Assembly: GCA_907165135.1 (NCBI GenBank)
Contig: OU015566.1
Location: 11,842,001 to 11,906,000, forward strand
Reading direction: 5' to 3'
Length of the DNA: 64,000 nt
Source: Oikopleura dioica
Lineage: Eukaryota; Animalia; Chordata
Each line of letters begins with the position of its first letter. The first letter of the stretch is position 1. Shown piece by piece: positions 13,101 to 25,730 of the stretch. The translations under genes were made by a program, and so were the position numbers. The notes under the pieces are model-generated. The model was given only the letters and a program-made list of their open reading frames with translations, ran no database searches and was not told where the DNA came from.

Positions 13101-15658
13101 TTTTAACTTGACATCTTCTACTTTGGCTTGGATTTTGTCAATGTCGGATTGGATTTCTTCGACCTAAAGAAAATTGACATTCAGCAATTCACTCACATTT
13201 ACATATATTTGAAAGAAATGGGGAGCAGTTGTCTTTGAGTCAGATTTGGACCCAAAACGGACAGATAATCATCTTCAAATAGGCATGAAAAAGAATGTCT
13301 AAGAAGAACTGTAATTTCCTGAAGATACCCCATATTTTCAGTTTGAACTTGGAACTTTCAAGGACGAACATGTCCTTGGAACTTAATCTAAGTTGATCCG
13401 GAGGATGAAAAATTAATCATCGTTGATTTTGGAATAAATCCCGCCGGCAGGCCAGGAAGAACGCTTCGTTGGAGAAAAATTAAACTTTTAGAAACGCATG
13501 TCACCGATCAAGTTCAAGTTCTTGAAACACAATAGAGCGTTGGTTTGAAAATGCGGATATTCACGTGACCGCACGACCTTGCTAAAGCCAGATACAGTGT
13601 CACAACTATGGCGCAATCCAAGAACTGCGGCTTAGTGCCCGTTACAAGCGATGAGCCCGCGTCCAGCTCGGGAAGAGCGATATTATTCTGTCTGACGAGG
13701 AAGAAAAAAACGGGCAGTAAACTCTGTCAATATATCGATTTCAACATGCGCGAGCAATACATTTGAAAACTACTTGACACCTGTCTCATATGAACCCTTC
13801 CCCTTTTTTCTCACTGTCCGTGTAGCTGTATTGACAAATTATTAATCTTGCTCTTTTTAAGACCCTCGATTTTAAGGCAATTTTTCATACAATCTTTCTG
13901 ATTCGCTGGAGGCACTCTCACTGGCTCAAGATTGGTATAATTCCTAAGTAGAGGATCTCTTCATTATCGCCGTTTTGTCTGGTAGACAATTTTAAAAAGA
14001 TCCTCCTGCAATCAATCTAAAACTCGCACCGATAGATACTTTTAAAATTTAATAGCATAAGTTTGATGAAAATTGATTTTTACTTCAAAATGACGTCATT
14101 TCGAACTGATTGCTTATTTTTAGCATATTATAAAATTAAAATGTGCGAATGACGCATATAATCTAGTGAAGATGTGTCCGAGGAACCGTTATAACTCGCC
14201 GTTAATGTATCTGGTGAATAATTAATATTGTCAGCTCACATTATGAGAATTCTTTGGGAAGGGATCAATTTATCGATTCGAAAAAAGTAGCTACAGTTAT
14301 GTTGGATAAGCTCCCTACTTTGCTAAGCCCCCTCATCGCTTGCAACCCCCGTGAACTTGGAAAGCCTCTAAGTACTGTATGACTACAAACAGGAGGTTCG
14401 TTGAAGAAGATTCCTCCTTGATTTCAATTAAAATAAAATCGGTTTTTCTAATTTCCCGAGCCGGATCAGAACGCACTTTTTGTCCGAACCTAATCCGGCC
14501 CGAAGAAATCTAGGAAATTATCTACAGGTAGATAATACCCTCTGCATCCTCTTATGATGCAAAACCAATCAGTCGATTTAAAAGCCGTCTGTATTATTAC
14601 TATTCAGGTCAGTGGGGGCCCAAATCTGATCAAAGGTCTTTTTAGTTACCTGGTTGAAGAAATCCTGCATAAAGTTTGAATTCCCATCTGGAATTGAAAC
14701 AACTGTGTCTGTAGGTTCATCGGGCCCTCGCGCCTAAAAGTGTTAATTATGGGATAAGCACGTGATAAACGAAAGGGTTTATTTTTGGTCGAAGAAATAA
14801 GCTATTCTCAAACTAAGGAAAAAAAACAGAGCTAAAATAATGAGTAGAATATTGATGCGTCTATATTTTGAAAGTTAAACTAATTTTAATATCGGCTCAA
14901 CGCTAGAATGCGTATGTTTAGCTTTCGCTTCGAGAGGAGCATTAATGTTTCAGCTTCTGAAGAGCCGGTGCCAGGTCGAAACAAAGCGCCGCGCTCAACT
15001 GCGGAAGGAAGGAAATAAAATCAAAAGTGACTCTTTTCAAAAGTCCACTTTCGAAAGACACAGTTCAGAACTTCCTTAGGCAAATAATAAAAAGAAGCGT
15101 TCCACGTGGGTAATTTTAAATTTGAGGGGCAATTACTCAAAACACAGATCATAATTTTTGATTCATAAAGATCAAATCATTCTTTTTGATCTAGCAAAAT
15201 TTATGAAGAAATTTAAATTTAGCAGCTCGAAAAATGAAAAATTTAGTGTATGAATATTTTTTCAGTATGACTTGTTAGAATAAATATTTAAAAATCTAAA
15301 AATGCGACTTTTTTCATCAGCTTATCAAAAGAAAATTAATCAGAGAATGCATTTTCGGACGTATTTTGCATTCCATTCAAGATCTTCATCAGAATAATTT
15401 TTGATAAAAGCGAGCAAAAACGTAAGTTATGACCGAAAATTTAATATTAACCCCGTAACATGACTTTTTATGAAAATGTTGACTTCGAATTCATGCTTTT
15501 TTGGCATAAAAATAGACAAAACTGGCCATTTTCCTAATAAACGTTTGTGAATAAATTTGTGAATCGCTATTTATTCTGTATCCTACGATTTCCTTAGCCA
15601 TAAAATGACCGTAATTATTAGTAATTACCGTTACAAGCTCGGCGAGGCGATCCCTCAT
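10171..15658 (-). CDS. STX1: Plasma-membrane syntaxin (STX1/2/3 family Qa-SNARE) with alternative exons
   Basis: Exons: 15658-15629 ([10 protein letters not shown]), 14733-14650 (...NFMQDFFNQ), 13163-13064, 12835-12688, 12642-12574, 12524-12404, 12357-12232 ([26 protein letters not shown]). SNARE exon A is 12121-12011 or B is 11988-11878. TM exon is 10973-10905 (+10797-10777) or 10278-10171. All junctions are GT-AG. Confidence 0.92.
11301..11654. mobile_element. Non-autonomous hAT-type MITE (354 bp) in a syntaxin intron
   Basis: 24-bp TIRs CAGGGCTGTCGATTTCGGAGCGTT / AACGCTCCGAAATCGACAGCCATG (1 mismatch). 8-bp TSD GACAGGGT at 11293-11300 and 11655-11662. Interior is built of CCGC/GCGG motifs. 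Confidence 0.92.
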
Positions 15659-16072
15659 TCTTTCTTCTTCACTTCTGCAAAATCTCTATTTCTTCTTTTT
15701 GTTTCTTTGGTTTTCGTGAGTGTTTTGGTTTGTGTTTTGTTTTATTTAATTTTCTCTATTTCTCGTCCTCCGTCTTTTTTCAGCTCGGATCTGGCTGGCG
15801 GCGGCGCTGCGCGATTCACAACTCGCCAAGGGCGCTCCTGATTGGCTCAAAACAGCGAATCCAATTCCGACTGAATTTATCAATTATGACTCATTCTAGA
15901 ACCATATTACTCATCCTTGATGAATCATTTATAGTAAAATATTGATTTTAGGATTTTTTCTTTATTTTTCTTTTTGAAAATATTCTAGAAATAACAAAAA
16001 AATGATAAAAAAAGATTTTAATTTAAATTTTGTCTCCGACAAATTCTTAAAAATATAGATAATTTCTTACAG

Positions 16073-18212
16073 TTAGAGTCTTCTGAATTCAAATTCAAAT
16101 CGATATTGTCTGATTTTCTCTCTGTGCCTCTCTTTCTTGTTTGAGTAGTGTATAAAAATAGTAATGGAATTTTCAAATAGGCTGAGAAATACAGTATCCT
16201 TTCCAAAACACGATGGCATCAGCCCTCGAGCGCCGCCACCTGTCCTGGGCACTTGGCCGCAGGGCATTACTTGGCGCCCACGTGGATTGGAGAAATCCCC
16301 TTTATATTCAAATTTTATTTATTGCGACTTTATGGGCAGGGGCAATCTGTACAGGAGTGAGGTTGGCTTGTGCAAAGTTCTCCGGATGGGCAGTGTACGA
16401 AATTCCATTCCACTCGCAGGCTTCGGAAACGTGACTTTGGTAGCTGGTTTCGGCGGAACGGTACGTCGAAATTTTGCGAAGAATGGGTTCTGAGTAGCTG
16501 AGGGACTTTCGCTGGTGAGCATCTTTTTAAAGGCTTCAAAATATTACTGTATTAGTAATACAGTATTACTCAACTCATGTTATTCCCTTAATTTTCTTTT
16601 TGAAGCCCTTGCCTACTAGCTCTGGCAAACTAGAATCCAACACCAACCGAGCAGTCGCCTTACAAGCTCCTTCGCAAGAAAGTGGCCGTTTCCCACGTGA
16701 TTGATTAACACAGCCGAGATAAGCTACAATCCCTGCCTTACAGTAAGACAGAGTTTTCAGCTTGTAATTGTAGACCTTTCCCTCCACTTCTATTCGGAAT
16801 ACCAAGCCCCTGAAAAGCACGAATAAAAACGAAGAAAATTCTTGAAAAAAAGAAAGTAAGAAGCAAATTCTTACATGACGGTTATTCTTCCGTACTTTGA
16901 AGGATTCCCTTGATTGAAGGAAATATCGCGGATGGTGCCTGGAGAGTTGTATTTTCTGACGCCACTATTGACCACTTCGCCGGTTCGTCTGATTTGCGGA
17001 CTGAGTTTCAAGGTCTGCATCTGTTTTTGATACTCAAGAAGTCGTTGTATTTGCAGAGCTGTATTCGCCTGAGCTTCTGTATCTAGCTTCTGAGGTATTG
17101 CTATAGGAGGTGGGGGCTCTGACCGCTAAAAATGACATAAGATCTGTCTTCTTTGTTATTTCATCAGTTCACTTACGATTTCCTCGATTTCTTCGTCATC
17201 TTCTTCGATTAGCTCGACTTTGACGTCTCCGGTATCGTCATCGCTATCCTCGACGGTGTGGACTTTATTGCTATTGGAAACATGAAAGCTGTCAATGACA
17301 GGTTTGTCATCATCATCGTCGATATAATTTTCTTCTTTGTTTTCAGTTGACGGTTTTCCTTTTGGGAAGTCACGGGTGAAGCTTTCTTCGGCGCTCTTTT
17401 GCTTTTTCATTTGCGGGTCTTTTCACGGTTCAAAAAATATAATCATTGAAAATTTTACTCAAGGAAAATCCTCGAACCATCCCTGGATCGACATTGATAA
17501 CCTGAACTGGCTCTCTCGGCAGCGCTCTTTTATTCGCGGGAACGATGTTCTTGTTCATCGAAATTTTCTGCATGATTCGGGTATTTTCGCCGACTTTTTT
17601 GACGAATTCGTATGCTTCTATCACAGATGTAGCGTAGGTCTTTGTCGATAGATTCTTGATTTGGCAGAAGTGAGTGAGTTCTTGGTTTGAAAGTAGCTCG
17701 CCGATCAGTTGGCCGGGGGAGATTCGACGGAGGACGGAGACGGAAGAGACGAGGAAGGTTCCTCGGCGGAGTTCGGAGCCTCGTTCGTGGAAGGAGACGA
17801 CTGTTCCGGTCTTTAGAAAAAATGGTAGAAAGGAAAGTAGATCATTATGAATTTTACCTGCATTGTAGCAATTTCTTGATGGCTGAATTTTCGGTCCGAA
17901 AGATCGCCGATTCCATAAAGATCACTCGTGATTATCTTCCGAAACTGCCTCGAAAAAGGCACTCCTACTGTCATCGTATTTTCTTCAATGAGATGCCACA
18001 TGATCACTGTTTACTGTACTTGTTATACTCAAAATTATTCTCTATCGACTCAAAAATGCTATTTGAATCTTTTTGGAGGTGTTTTGGCTCAAAAAAAGCG
18101 CGCGATATCGATTTGGCTCGAAATTAGGCAGTTGATATTTTTGAGGGCGCGGGCTCTGGTTGGTTCAGACACGCCTCCGCGTTTCCTCGCTTTTGACTCG
18201 GGGCGGCACCAT
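16073..18212 (-). CDS. Hypothetical multi-exon protein with acidic low-complexity middle
   Basis: Chain of minus-strand open segments (17813-18007, 17430-17800, 17156-17410, 16575-16820, 16320-16520). Exon structure is not fully resolved. Confidence 0.35.
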
Positions 18213-18527
18213 TAATTTTATGGTCCAAGAAATCTGTTTTTGAAGCCAAAAATTTTTTTGGAAAAGATAAAAGAATTCATTTCCAATCAAAATATATTTT
18301 TAGAAGAATAAAAAGATAAATTTTAGCGGTAAAAGAGGGGATCCATGTAATTGATTAATTAAACTAATAAAAAGACTCAAATATGACTAGAAATACCGAA
18401 AGTTAATTTGATTATGGTCTTGAAAAATCGAACATCTCGCTCGAGAAAGTTCTACCGAGCAAATCTCCTCGTGTCCTGATTGGCCTCTGCGCAAGAAAGC
18501 GTTTGGGTCAATTTCGAGTTTCTAAAA

Positions 18528-19561
18528 ATGCGTTTTACAAAAATTAACCTTTTACGGCGAGCAGATGCCATCAAACTTTTGGATCTTCCTCTGGAGCAGA
18601 GAATTTTCCCACAGAAAGAATTAAAGAAGGCTTACAGGTAATTTAAAAATCATAACATTCTTTCTTCATCAGTTTTTGTTAGAGAAAAGGCGCGGAAGTA
18701 CCACCCAGATGCACCGGAAGGAGATGCGGAGAAATTTAAGAAAATCGGAGAAGCTTTCGAACTTTTATCAAAGAACGCGACAGAAAATGCGGCGAGGCAT
18801 TCTGGGCCGAGGAGAAAATATGATGATTTCAAGTTTGACGATTCTGATGAGGAACATCGCTGGGCGCAGATGAAGAAAGGTACTTATTGTTTCCCACTGA
18901 ACATAGGGACAGTCGATTCTTTCCTATCTGCCCGTATGTCAAGCTGGTTGCATTTCAATAGTAGATCTACTATCTTGATAAAAATCAGCTGACGGTTTGG
19001 CCTACAGACTGTTTGGTACAGCTGTTTCTCAATATAAATAAGAATGATTAGAAGCATTTTTACTTATTGAAATGAAACTCAAAGCGATGGAATAGTTAGA
19101 GCCTGCGCATCAAATTGATGACTATTATAGACTATAACTAAAAAAAACTATAATTAATCGTTTTTTTTTCTCAAAATACTCAAGTTCTTATCTCCTGAAA
19201 ACTGTCGATATTTTCAAATTAACCTGTTAAAACGTTTAAAAAATTGAGTATCTTTTATCGCAAACAATCGACTAATCTTCTAGGTTACAACAAAGGAGAA
19301 GAACGAGAAGAGTTCAATTTCCAACCAACTCATCACGAAACACCACCTAGCGAAGTCAACCAAAAATACTTCCATCTCGTAGCCCTAACACTTTCCTTCA
19401 TAATCATTATCTTCCGGCGCCAGATTTTCCCCGAAAGCTTCTTTCCCAAAGCCAGTTATTTGGAAGAAATGGAGCAGCTGAACGAAAAGTACAAAAAAGA
19501 ACACCGCGAAGTTTTAGAAAAAGCTATTCAAAGACGTTTAAAAGAAGAAACAGACAAATAA
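18528..19561 (+). CDS. DnaJ (J-domain) protein with one TM segment, possibly mitochondrial
   Basis: MRFTKINLLRRADAIKLLDL...KKAYR, intron, EKARKYHPDAPEGDAEKFKKIGEAFELL (HPD motif). A later exon has the hydrophobic stretch HLVALTLSFIIIIF. Confidence 0.75.
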
Positions 19562-19600
19562 ACATTTTATCTATAAAAAGTTTTCCCTCATTCTTTTAGA

Positions 19601-20605
19601 ATGAGATTTACGAGACTCTTACTTGACATCGGGAAGAAGTACTCGAATGCGCGAGTTCTGTTGGGAATCGAAAGCGGAGCGTCAAAGAAAGAAATTCATT
19701 CGGCTTATTTGAAAATGGCGAAGCAGTATCATCCGGATAGGGCGCAAACAACAGATCCTGCAGAAGCAGAGGCGAGATTTCAAGAGATCGGAGATGCGTA
19801 CCAGCTTCTTATCGGAAAGTCTGAGGCGAATCAAGGCGTGGGATTTATTTATTTTCAATTTACTAAAATTCTTACATGGCATTAAATCGAATCGACTGAA
19901 ATATAATGATCATCTGGCTGATGATGTTAAAATATTAATATTCATGCCAATTTTTTAATTATTATAGTCTTTCAAAGAAAAAAAACTTATTCTTTCGAAA
20001 ATGAAAATTTCTATGAAAATCCCTTTTTACAGATTTCTCTGACGAAGAACTAACTCAAGAAGAAGCCATCAAAAACGGCCACGCTCTGAACGATGAAGGA
20101 TACCCTCTCGTTGCCGATATCGCGTATGCTAAAAATATTCTTGGAGTTGAACCCGATGCGACCAAAGAAGAAGTAAAAAGCCGATTTGTTGAGTTGTCGT
20201 TAAAATATCATCCGGATATCGGCGACGAAGAAATTCGAGACGCCGAGTATTTTAAAACTATTACAGAAGCTTACAAAACTTTTATGAACCAAGAAATTTT
20301 AAATCCTGGCCAAGGTAAAATCAAAATAAAAAATATAAAGCTCATTTTTGATAGTGACATATTCTGATGCTATTCACGCTGATCAATGGTACTCAGACGG
20401 GCGACGAAAAGTTCACAAAGTAGAAAACATGAGCAAAAGAAGGCACGAACAGTTCTTTGGATTTTCCCCTGACGAGATAAAACCTGCATCGGTGCTGAAG
20501 AAAATGAGAAACTATTCTGCTGATGCTGGCCGACCATTTGCTGTCAGAAATGCTACTTATCAAGGAATGCTGCCTAGAAGTGATGATTCAAGGAGAAAGA
20601 AATAG
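19601..20605 (+). CDS. DnaJ protein with two J domains
   Basis: J1: LLGIESGASKKEIHSAYLKMAKQYHPD...RFQEIGDAYQLL. J2 (exon about 20034-20313): ILGVEPDATKEEVKSRFVELSLKYHPD...YFKTITEAYKTF. Confidence 0.8.
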
Positions 20606-20687
20606 AAAATTGTGTTCTTACTTTATTGAATAAATAAGAGTATCTATTTTACATATTACATGTTAGAGGATCGTTTTCTTCGTTTTC

Positions 20688-23606
20688 TTAGACGCAATCA
20701 TATTGACCGGTTGTTAAAAGAACTGGTCTTTTGTATCTGTAACTCTGCAGGGGTGACCATTTGGGCAAAAAATCATCGTCGGGCCGACCAATTGCCCGCC
20801 CAATACCAAAAATCAAGACCCGGGCCGACCAAATGCCCGACCAGTCCAATGTGCCCAGAATGCCCAATCGGGCAATTGGGCAATTTTTCGGGCAAAAATT
20901 TTCCCGACATTTCGGGCTTGTTAAAACTTTAATTTTTTAAATTTCTCTCAATAATTTATTACAGTTGAAGATTTAGAAGGTTTGAAATATATTTAAAAAG
21001 CGGTTAAAAATAATTTTGTAAAAGATCGATCAGGTTGTCAAGAATAGACAGCTAACCATTAAGGTCCACTTCACACACTCTTGCATAACCGTCTCGAAAA
21101 GAGGTTCAAAAATGGGGTTGGAATTTACAACTTGGAAAAATGAGGGATAAAAAGGATCTGGAGGTCAAGGGTAGACAGCTAACCATGAAGGTCCACTTCA
21201 CACACCCTTGCAGAACCTTCTCCTTATATCTTTTTTCTTGTTTCTGAGCTTAACGACCAATAAGCGGACAGGAAAACGCCCACGTTCATGATTTCCCCCG
21301 GTGGGCATTTGCCCAACTGCCCGATGGTGCCCAACTGCCCAGAAAATGCCCAAATGCCCGACTTTTCCAATGTTGCCCAGCCTATTTTCACGCGTTGAGC
21401 CGACCAAATGCCCGCCCAAAAGCGTTTTTGCCCGAAAATTGCCCGATTTGCCCAAATGCCCAATGCCCAAATGGTCACCCCTGAACTCTGCATGTAACTT
21501 TGGGATGGAAGCGTGTAGATCATGCTCGAGGTAATTGTCGATGTAGAAATGTCGATGCGTTCTATCCCCAAAATAGCTCCGTTGTAGAGAGATGTACTAA
21601 ATATGATGTTTCCGAAAGCAAGGATAGAGTTGTATTGCTTCATCGGTTCAAAACTTGAAACAAACGGAAAATTTGAAATAGACAATTTCAAAAAGAAAAA
21701 AGTCTTGAACCGTCCGTGGGACGCTTGAAGAGTCCCGGCATCAGTCCACACGTCTGTCAAGGTTTCGAAAATGTAGACTTGGTTCGGGTTGTCGTCCCCT
21801 CCTATTTTGACCACTTTTGTGTCTACATTCACGCAGCCACCGTTTTTGCTATTTCTTAACAGTTTTATATCATATTTTCACAATTCAATGTCTCCATACT
21901 CTCCAGGATGATCAGCAAGATAGTTCCACCCGGTTGTTGCCGAGTAGTAGGCCACTTGAACGCCACTGTAAGTTCCCACAGCTAAAGGGTACCCCTTGTA
22001 ATTGGCGAGACAAGCACCATCGTGGTCGTAGCTCGCATCAGAAGTGATCATGCTAACACTACTTCCATCAAACATCTGACATGTCTTATATGGACTAAAG
22101 TTGAAGCAAAGATACACTACAAGCATTTTTTCCTGAAATAAGTTGATGAGGTTAGCTTACCAGCATTATCATCAATATTCGCTATTGCTGTTGATTCATC
22201 AGCAGTTTTTTCCAAAGAAAGTGCCAAGGAAACAACACCACAGGACTCGATTTTTGAGATCTTAAGAAATCAATTTATCTACGGACACAGTGAAATCAAA
22301 CCGTGGTCCCGCAAAAAGGTACGTAAACCCTTGAAACAACGTATGCGCGCACTCTTGTAGATCCTGGAAATTATAACTATAACTCCGATCTGCCTTTTAT
22401 CGACAGTCTTGCTTATAATCTTGATGATTTACTAAAAGCATTCGACTCTTTCCTGGAAGGTTCCATCTTCAGAAATAACGAACGTCAAGTCACGTGCTTT
22501 TGCATAATCGTTGTCGTCATCTGTGTACTCAGCAAGAACAGTGAAGTATCCCGAAGCACTCGGTGTTGTTGTCGAAGTTGTTGTTGTCGTAGTCGTCGTG
22601 GAAGTCGAAGTCGTTGTTGTTATCACAGCAGAATTACTATTTGTGGACTTGAGAATCACTGAGCAAGAAACATCGAAGGCAGTTGCTACATTGAAACGTA
22701 GCGAAAACCGTTTGAATTGAAGCTCCGAAGCTGACAACAACGCCCCCTTCAATTTGACTCCAGTGTCCGTTATTGCTCCATTTTCAAGAATTTGAACTTT
22801 GAAAGGGTCGCAAAATGTCTGATAAAATAACGAGCTTAGTTTGACAAAATAATTTATGCGATAATTGCTGAACCCTGAAATAAATGACCTTCTGATGTGA
22901 CGTTGCAGTCAACTAGCTCTTGGCTGTAAAGTTCATCGTCAGTCACACTTTTAACCGAGACATTCACGTAACTTCCGAGCGTGTCTCCGCCTGAAATAAT
23001 TTGATATTTTTTGGTAGTAGTTCATTAGCTCCATAGCATGAGCTTCATACCGTTGACTTCGATTTGGATGACGGGTGCATTTTGTTGGGGCTGGCTACCA
23101 ACGATTTTTTTCTCAGAAATGAGCATCGCTAGAATTTAATCAACGAGTATAGGAAGACAAACTATCAACCTTTCTTCGAGTCATCAATAGAAATTCTGGG
23201 CTCGCAGAAAACTTCGCCATATCGGGCGATTGTTAAGTTTGTGCCATCGATCGTCATGCTATGGACTATTTCAGCCGTATAGTTCGCTTCAAAAATATTT
23301 AAAATTGAGATTCAAAAGTAAACTCATACTATCAATTTGACCTGAAGCATCTTCATTTGCAGTAAAGCATTTGTAGTACTCAGCAAGATGGGAGCCAGCA
23401 ACGATGCAATCCCCAGAAACTGTACTTTCGTTATGACTTCTGGCCAAATAAACTCCAGAGAGATCCGACGAAAAAGATACATCGGAGGTACTGTTATAGC
23501 AAGCCGTATCTAAGGTGAATTGAGCACCGGTATCATGACATTCGATTGTGAATAAATCACAAGTTCCATGAACTCTTTGAAAAAGCGAAAGCACAGCTAA
23601 AAGCAT
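20688..23606 (-). CDS. Secreted protein with Cys-containing N-terminal domain, Thr-rich linker and Kelch-like repeats; last exon interrupted by a MITE
   Basis: Signal peptide MLLAVLSLFQRVHG, poly-Thr at about 22560-22620, and propeller-like segments (YKGYPLAVG, VVKIGG, VYIFETLTDVWTDAGTL). Removing the 20748-21483 element restores ...SYMQSYRYKRPVLLTTGQYDCV*. Confidence 0.65.
20748..21483. mobile_element. Non-autonomous hAT-like MITE (736 bp)
   Basis: 20-bp perfect TIRs CAGGGGTGACCATTTGGGCA / TGCCCAAATGGTCACCCCTG. TSD AACTCTG at 20741-20747 and 21484-21490 (AACTCTGC if read as 8 bp). Subterminal GCCC/GGGC arrays, and an internal ~55-bp imperfect direct repeat at 21037 and 21164. Confidence 0.92.
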
Positions 23607-23970
23607 CTCTGCAAGTGATCCAGTTTTCCGAGCGAAATCTAGGGTCATTTTCAAACATTACGACCGCAGATTATAATTGCGACAAGTGATTTAGTCTTTA
23701 GGAAATCTGTTTTTCAGTTGAAAAATAACTCAACTGCAGGTTCGCTCATAATAGCAGACGTTATAAGTGTCAATGTTGAAGATTAATAGATGCGAGCAAG
23801 TCGGTAAAGTGTTTGAAAATGACAGTGTTTCGTAAAAAATCTTCATTTACCGTCTTTTATTACAGACAGTTTCATATATTTGCTCTTCAGAAACTCATGT
23901 GCAAACACAGTCTTCTTTTGCTGACATTTTTGTCTTTTTTTTCATTTTAGATCGCGAAAAAAAACTTACG

Positions 23971-24690
23971 ATGACAGAAATTGGGACAAGTTTTAAGCTT
24001 CCAGATGGGAAAATTATCGATAAAAGTTTTGAAGCGTACTTTTATCGAGACGTTTTTGTGTTTATGAAAGAGGATAAAATTGTAGAAGTCAGACCGAAGG
24101 ATTCATTTTCAGAGGTAAAGCTGATGATAAACAAGAGAAACACTAATTTCAAAAAAGGGAAATTTGAAGGCCTCGTGTCTTATTTGCATGGGAGAATTCT
24201 ATGAAATCAAGGAGGACACAGATGTTGTTGTTGACGGTGTTGGCTCGTTGGTTGTCGATATTTTGAGGGGATTTTTCGCTTGTGCTAAAGGTGAAATTAT
24301 CGAAATTTCCAAATTTTTATAAATCGATTTAGAGGTCAAAACAATGCGAGAGAACAAGAAAGCCAGAGAATACGGACAAGAACCTCAAACCAGAACAACA
24401 ATGGTCAACAACGACGACTACGGAGAGCCATTCAATCCTCAAACTAGAGCTCATGAAGTGAAGCTCGATTGCAAAGGGAAAAATGTCAATATCAGGTAAC
24501 GAAGACAACGATGAGTAGTAAAAGCATTGACATTTACTCTAGCCGCGTCACGATTGTAAGTATCAACGTAAACAATCAGGAAGATCTGGAGAAGCTTGGC
24601 TTTGATCAGCTGCAGCAAAATTATGACGGGCAAAATGGATCCAAGTTAAGAAAGACAGTCGAAGAAAATGTTCACAAGGAAAGGGCTTGA
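23971..24690 (+). CDS. Hypothetical small multi-exon protein(s)
   Basis: Open segments 23971-24114, about 24190-24260 and 24330-24690. No recognisable motif. Confidence 0.3.
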
Positions 24691-25130
24691 AACTGATTTA
24701 TATTTTGATTCGTCTTTCTTACAAGGATTGAACAGTTTTTGAGTCCGAAAAGCTCATTGGTCGCAGTATATCATTGGAATCTTCTAAATCCGACATTTCG
24801 ATTACGAACTATGAACTGAACCACACTGCTTTATGATCTTGTTAAATAAATTATTCAAAAATCCAAAATTTCCATTGCTTTTGTCGGATTCTCTAAAAGA
24901 AAAGGAAAAAACCCGGCTGATGACACTAAGAATAAAATGAGTCAATCTTAATAAGTTGGCGGCATACCGCAGGCCGATGTCTCACGGAAAGTCGCTCCTC
25001 AACCCTCCTTATATATTTCGTCCAACCGGTCATGCAATTTACAGAACGAAAAAATTGCACTACACATTTTGAAAAAAAAAAAAATAAAAGAGCCTGATCA
25101 ACATGGCCGATCGAGAGAGAAACTTCCTTT

Positions 25131-25517
25131 ATGCAACAGGACGTAAATCCAAGAAAAATACCCAGATAAAAGGTATTGCGGACGCACCACCTTCATACGA
25201 AGCTTGCATGAAGATTACAGCTCACTGGACATCCGGTAAATTCGAGCTATAGAAATTAAATTAACCTAAAATTAGTTCCGATTCCCCGTCCTCCTCCTTA
25301 CTTCAATTCAATTCCAAGCGAATCTGATTTTGAACCAGCGCCATCAACAGAACCATCTGATGTTCTCCAACGATTTTCTACTAGAAGAAGCAATTTCTGG
25401 AGTAAATTGCGTGCCTGCAGTTGTTATGTTGTTATAGCAATTTGTTATATTGTAATGATGATTCTTGTAGCAATTATTCTGATCTGCATCACTTATGTGA
25501 GAGATTTGAAAAAATAA
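25131..25517 (+). CDS. Small PPxY-motif tail-anchored membrane protein, paralog of 6007-6430
   Basis: IADAPPSYEACMKITAHWTS, then an intron (gtaaat...tag), then VPIPRPPPYF...CYVIAICYIVMMILVAIILICITYVRDLKK*. The start region is ambiguous. Confidence 0.5.
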
Positions 25518-25730
25518 TCCATGACAACTATTTCCACACAAATCTTGTTGCCTCAAAAATTAAAGTTAAAAAAATTTTAAATAAACCACCAGTGTTATTA
25601 AAATATTTTTATTTATTGAAAAAGGCCTTGAAGATTTGTCAAAGTCATTTTGAGGCCAATATTTATTTAGAAATTTGCGTTAGAAACAATCTTCTTCAAA
25701 AAACATGCCAGAACTAGTCAGAATCAGAGC

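Noticed and set aside
16150-16530. GC-rich block with upstream TATA and downstream T5 as a possible Pol III RNA
   Set aside because: No PSE at the expected distance, an internal T4, no recognisable RNA motifs, and an open minus-strand frame suggests coding sequence.
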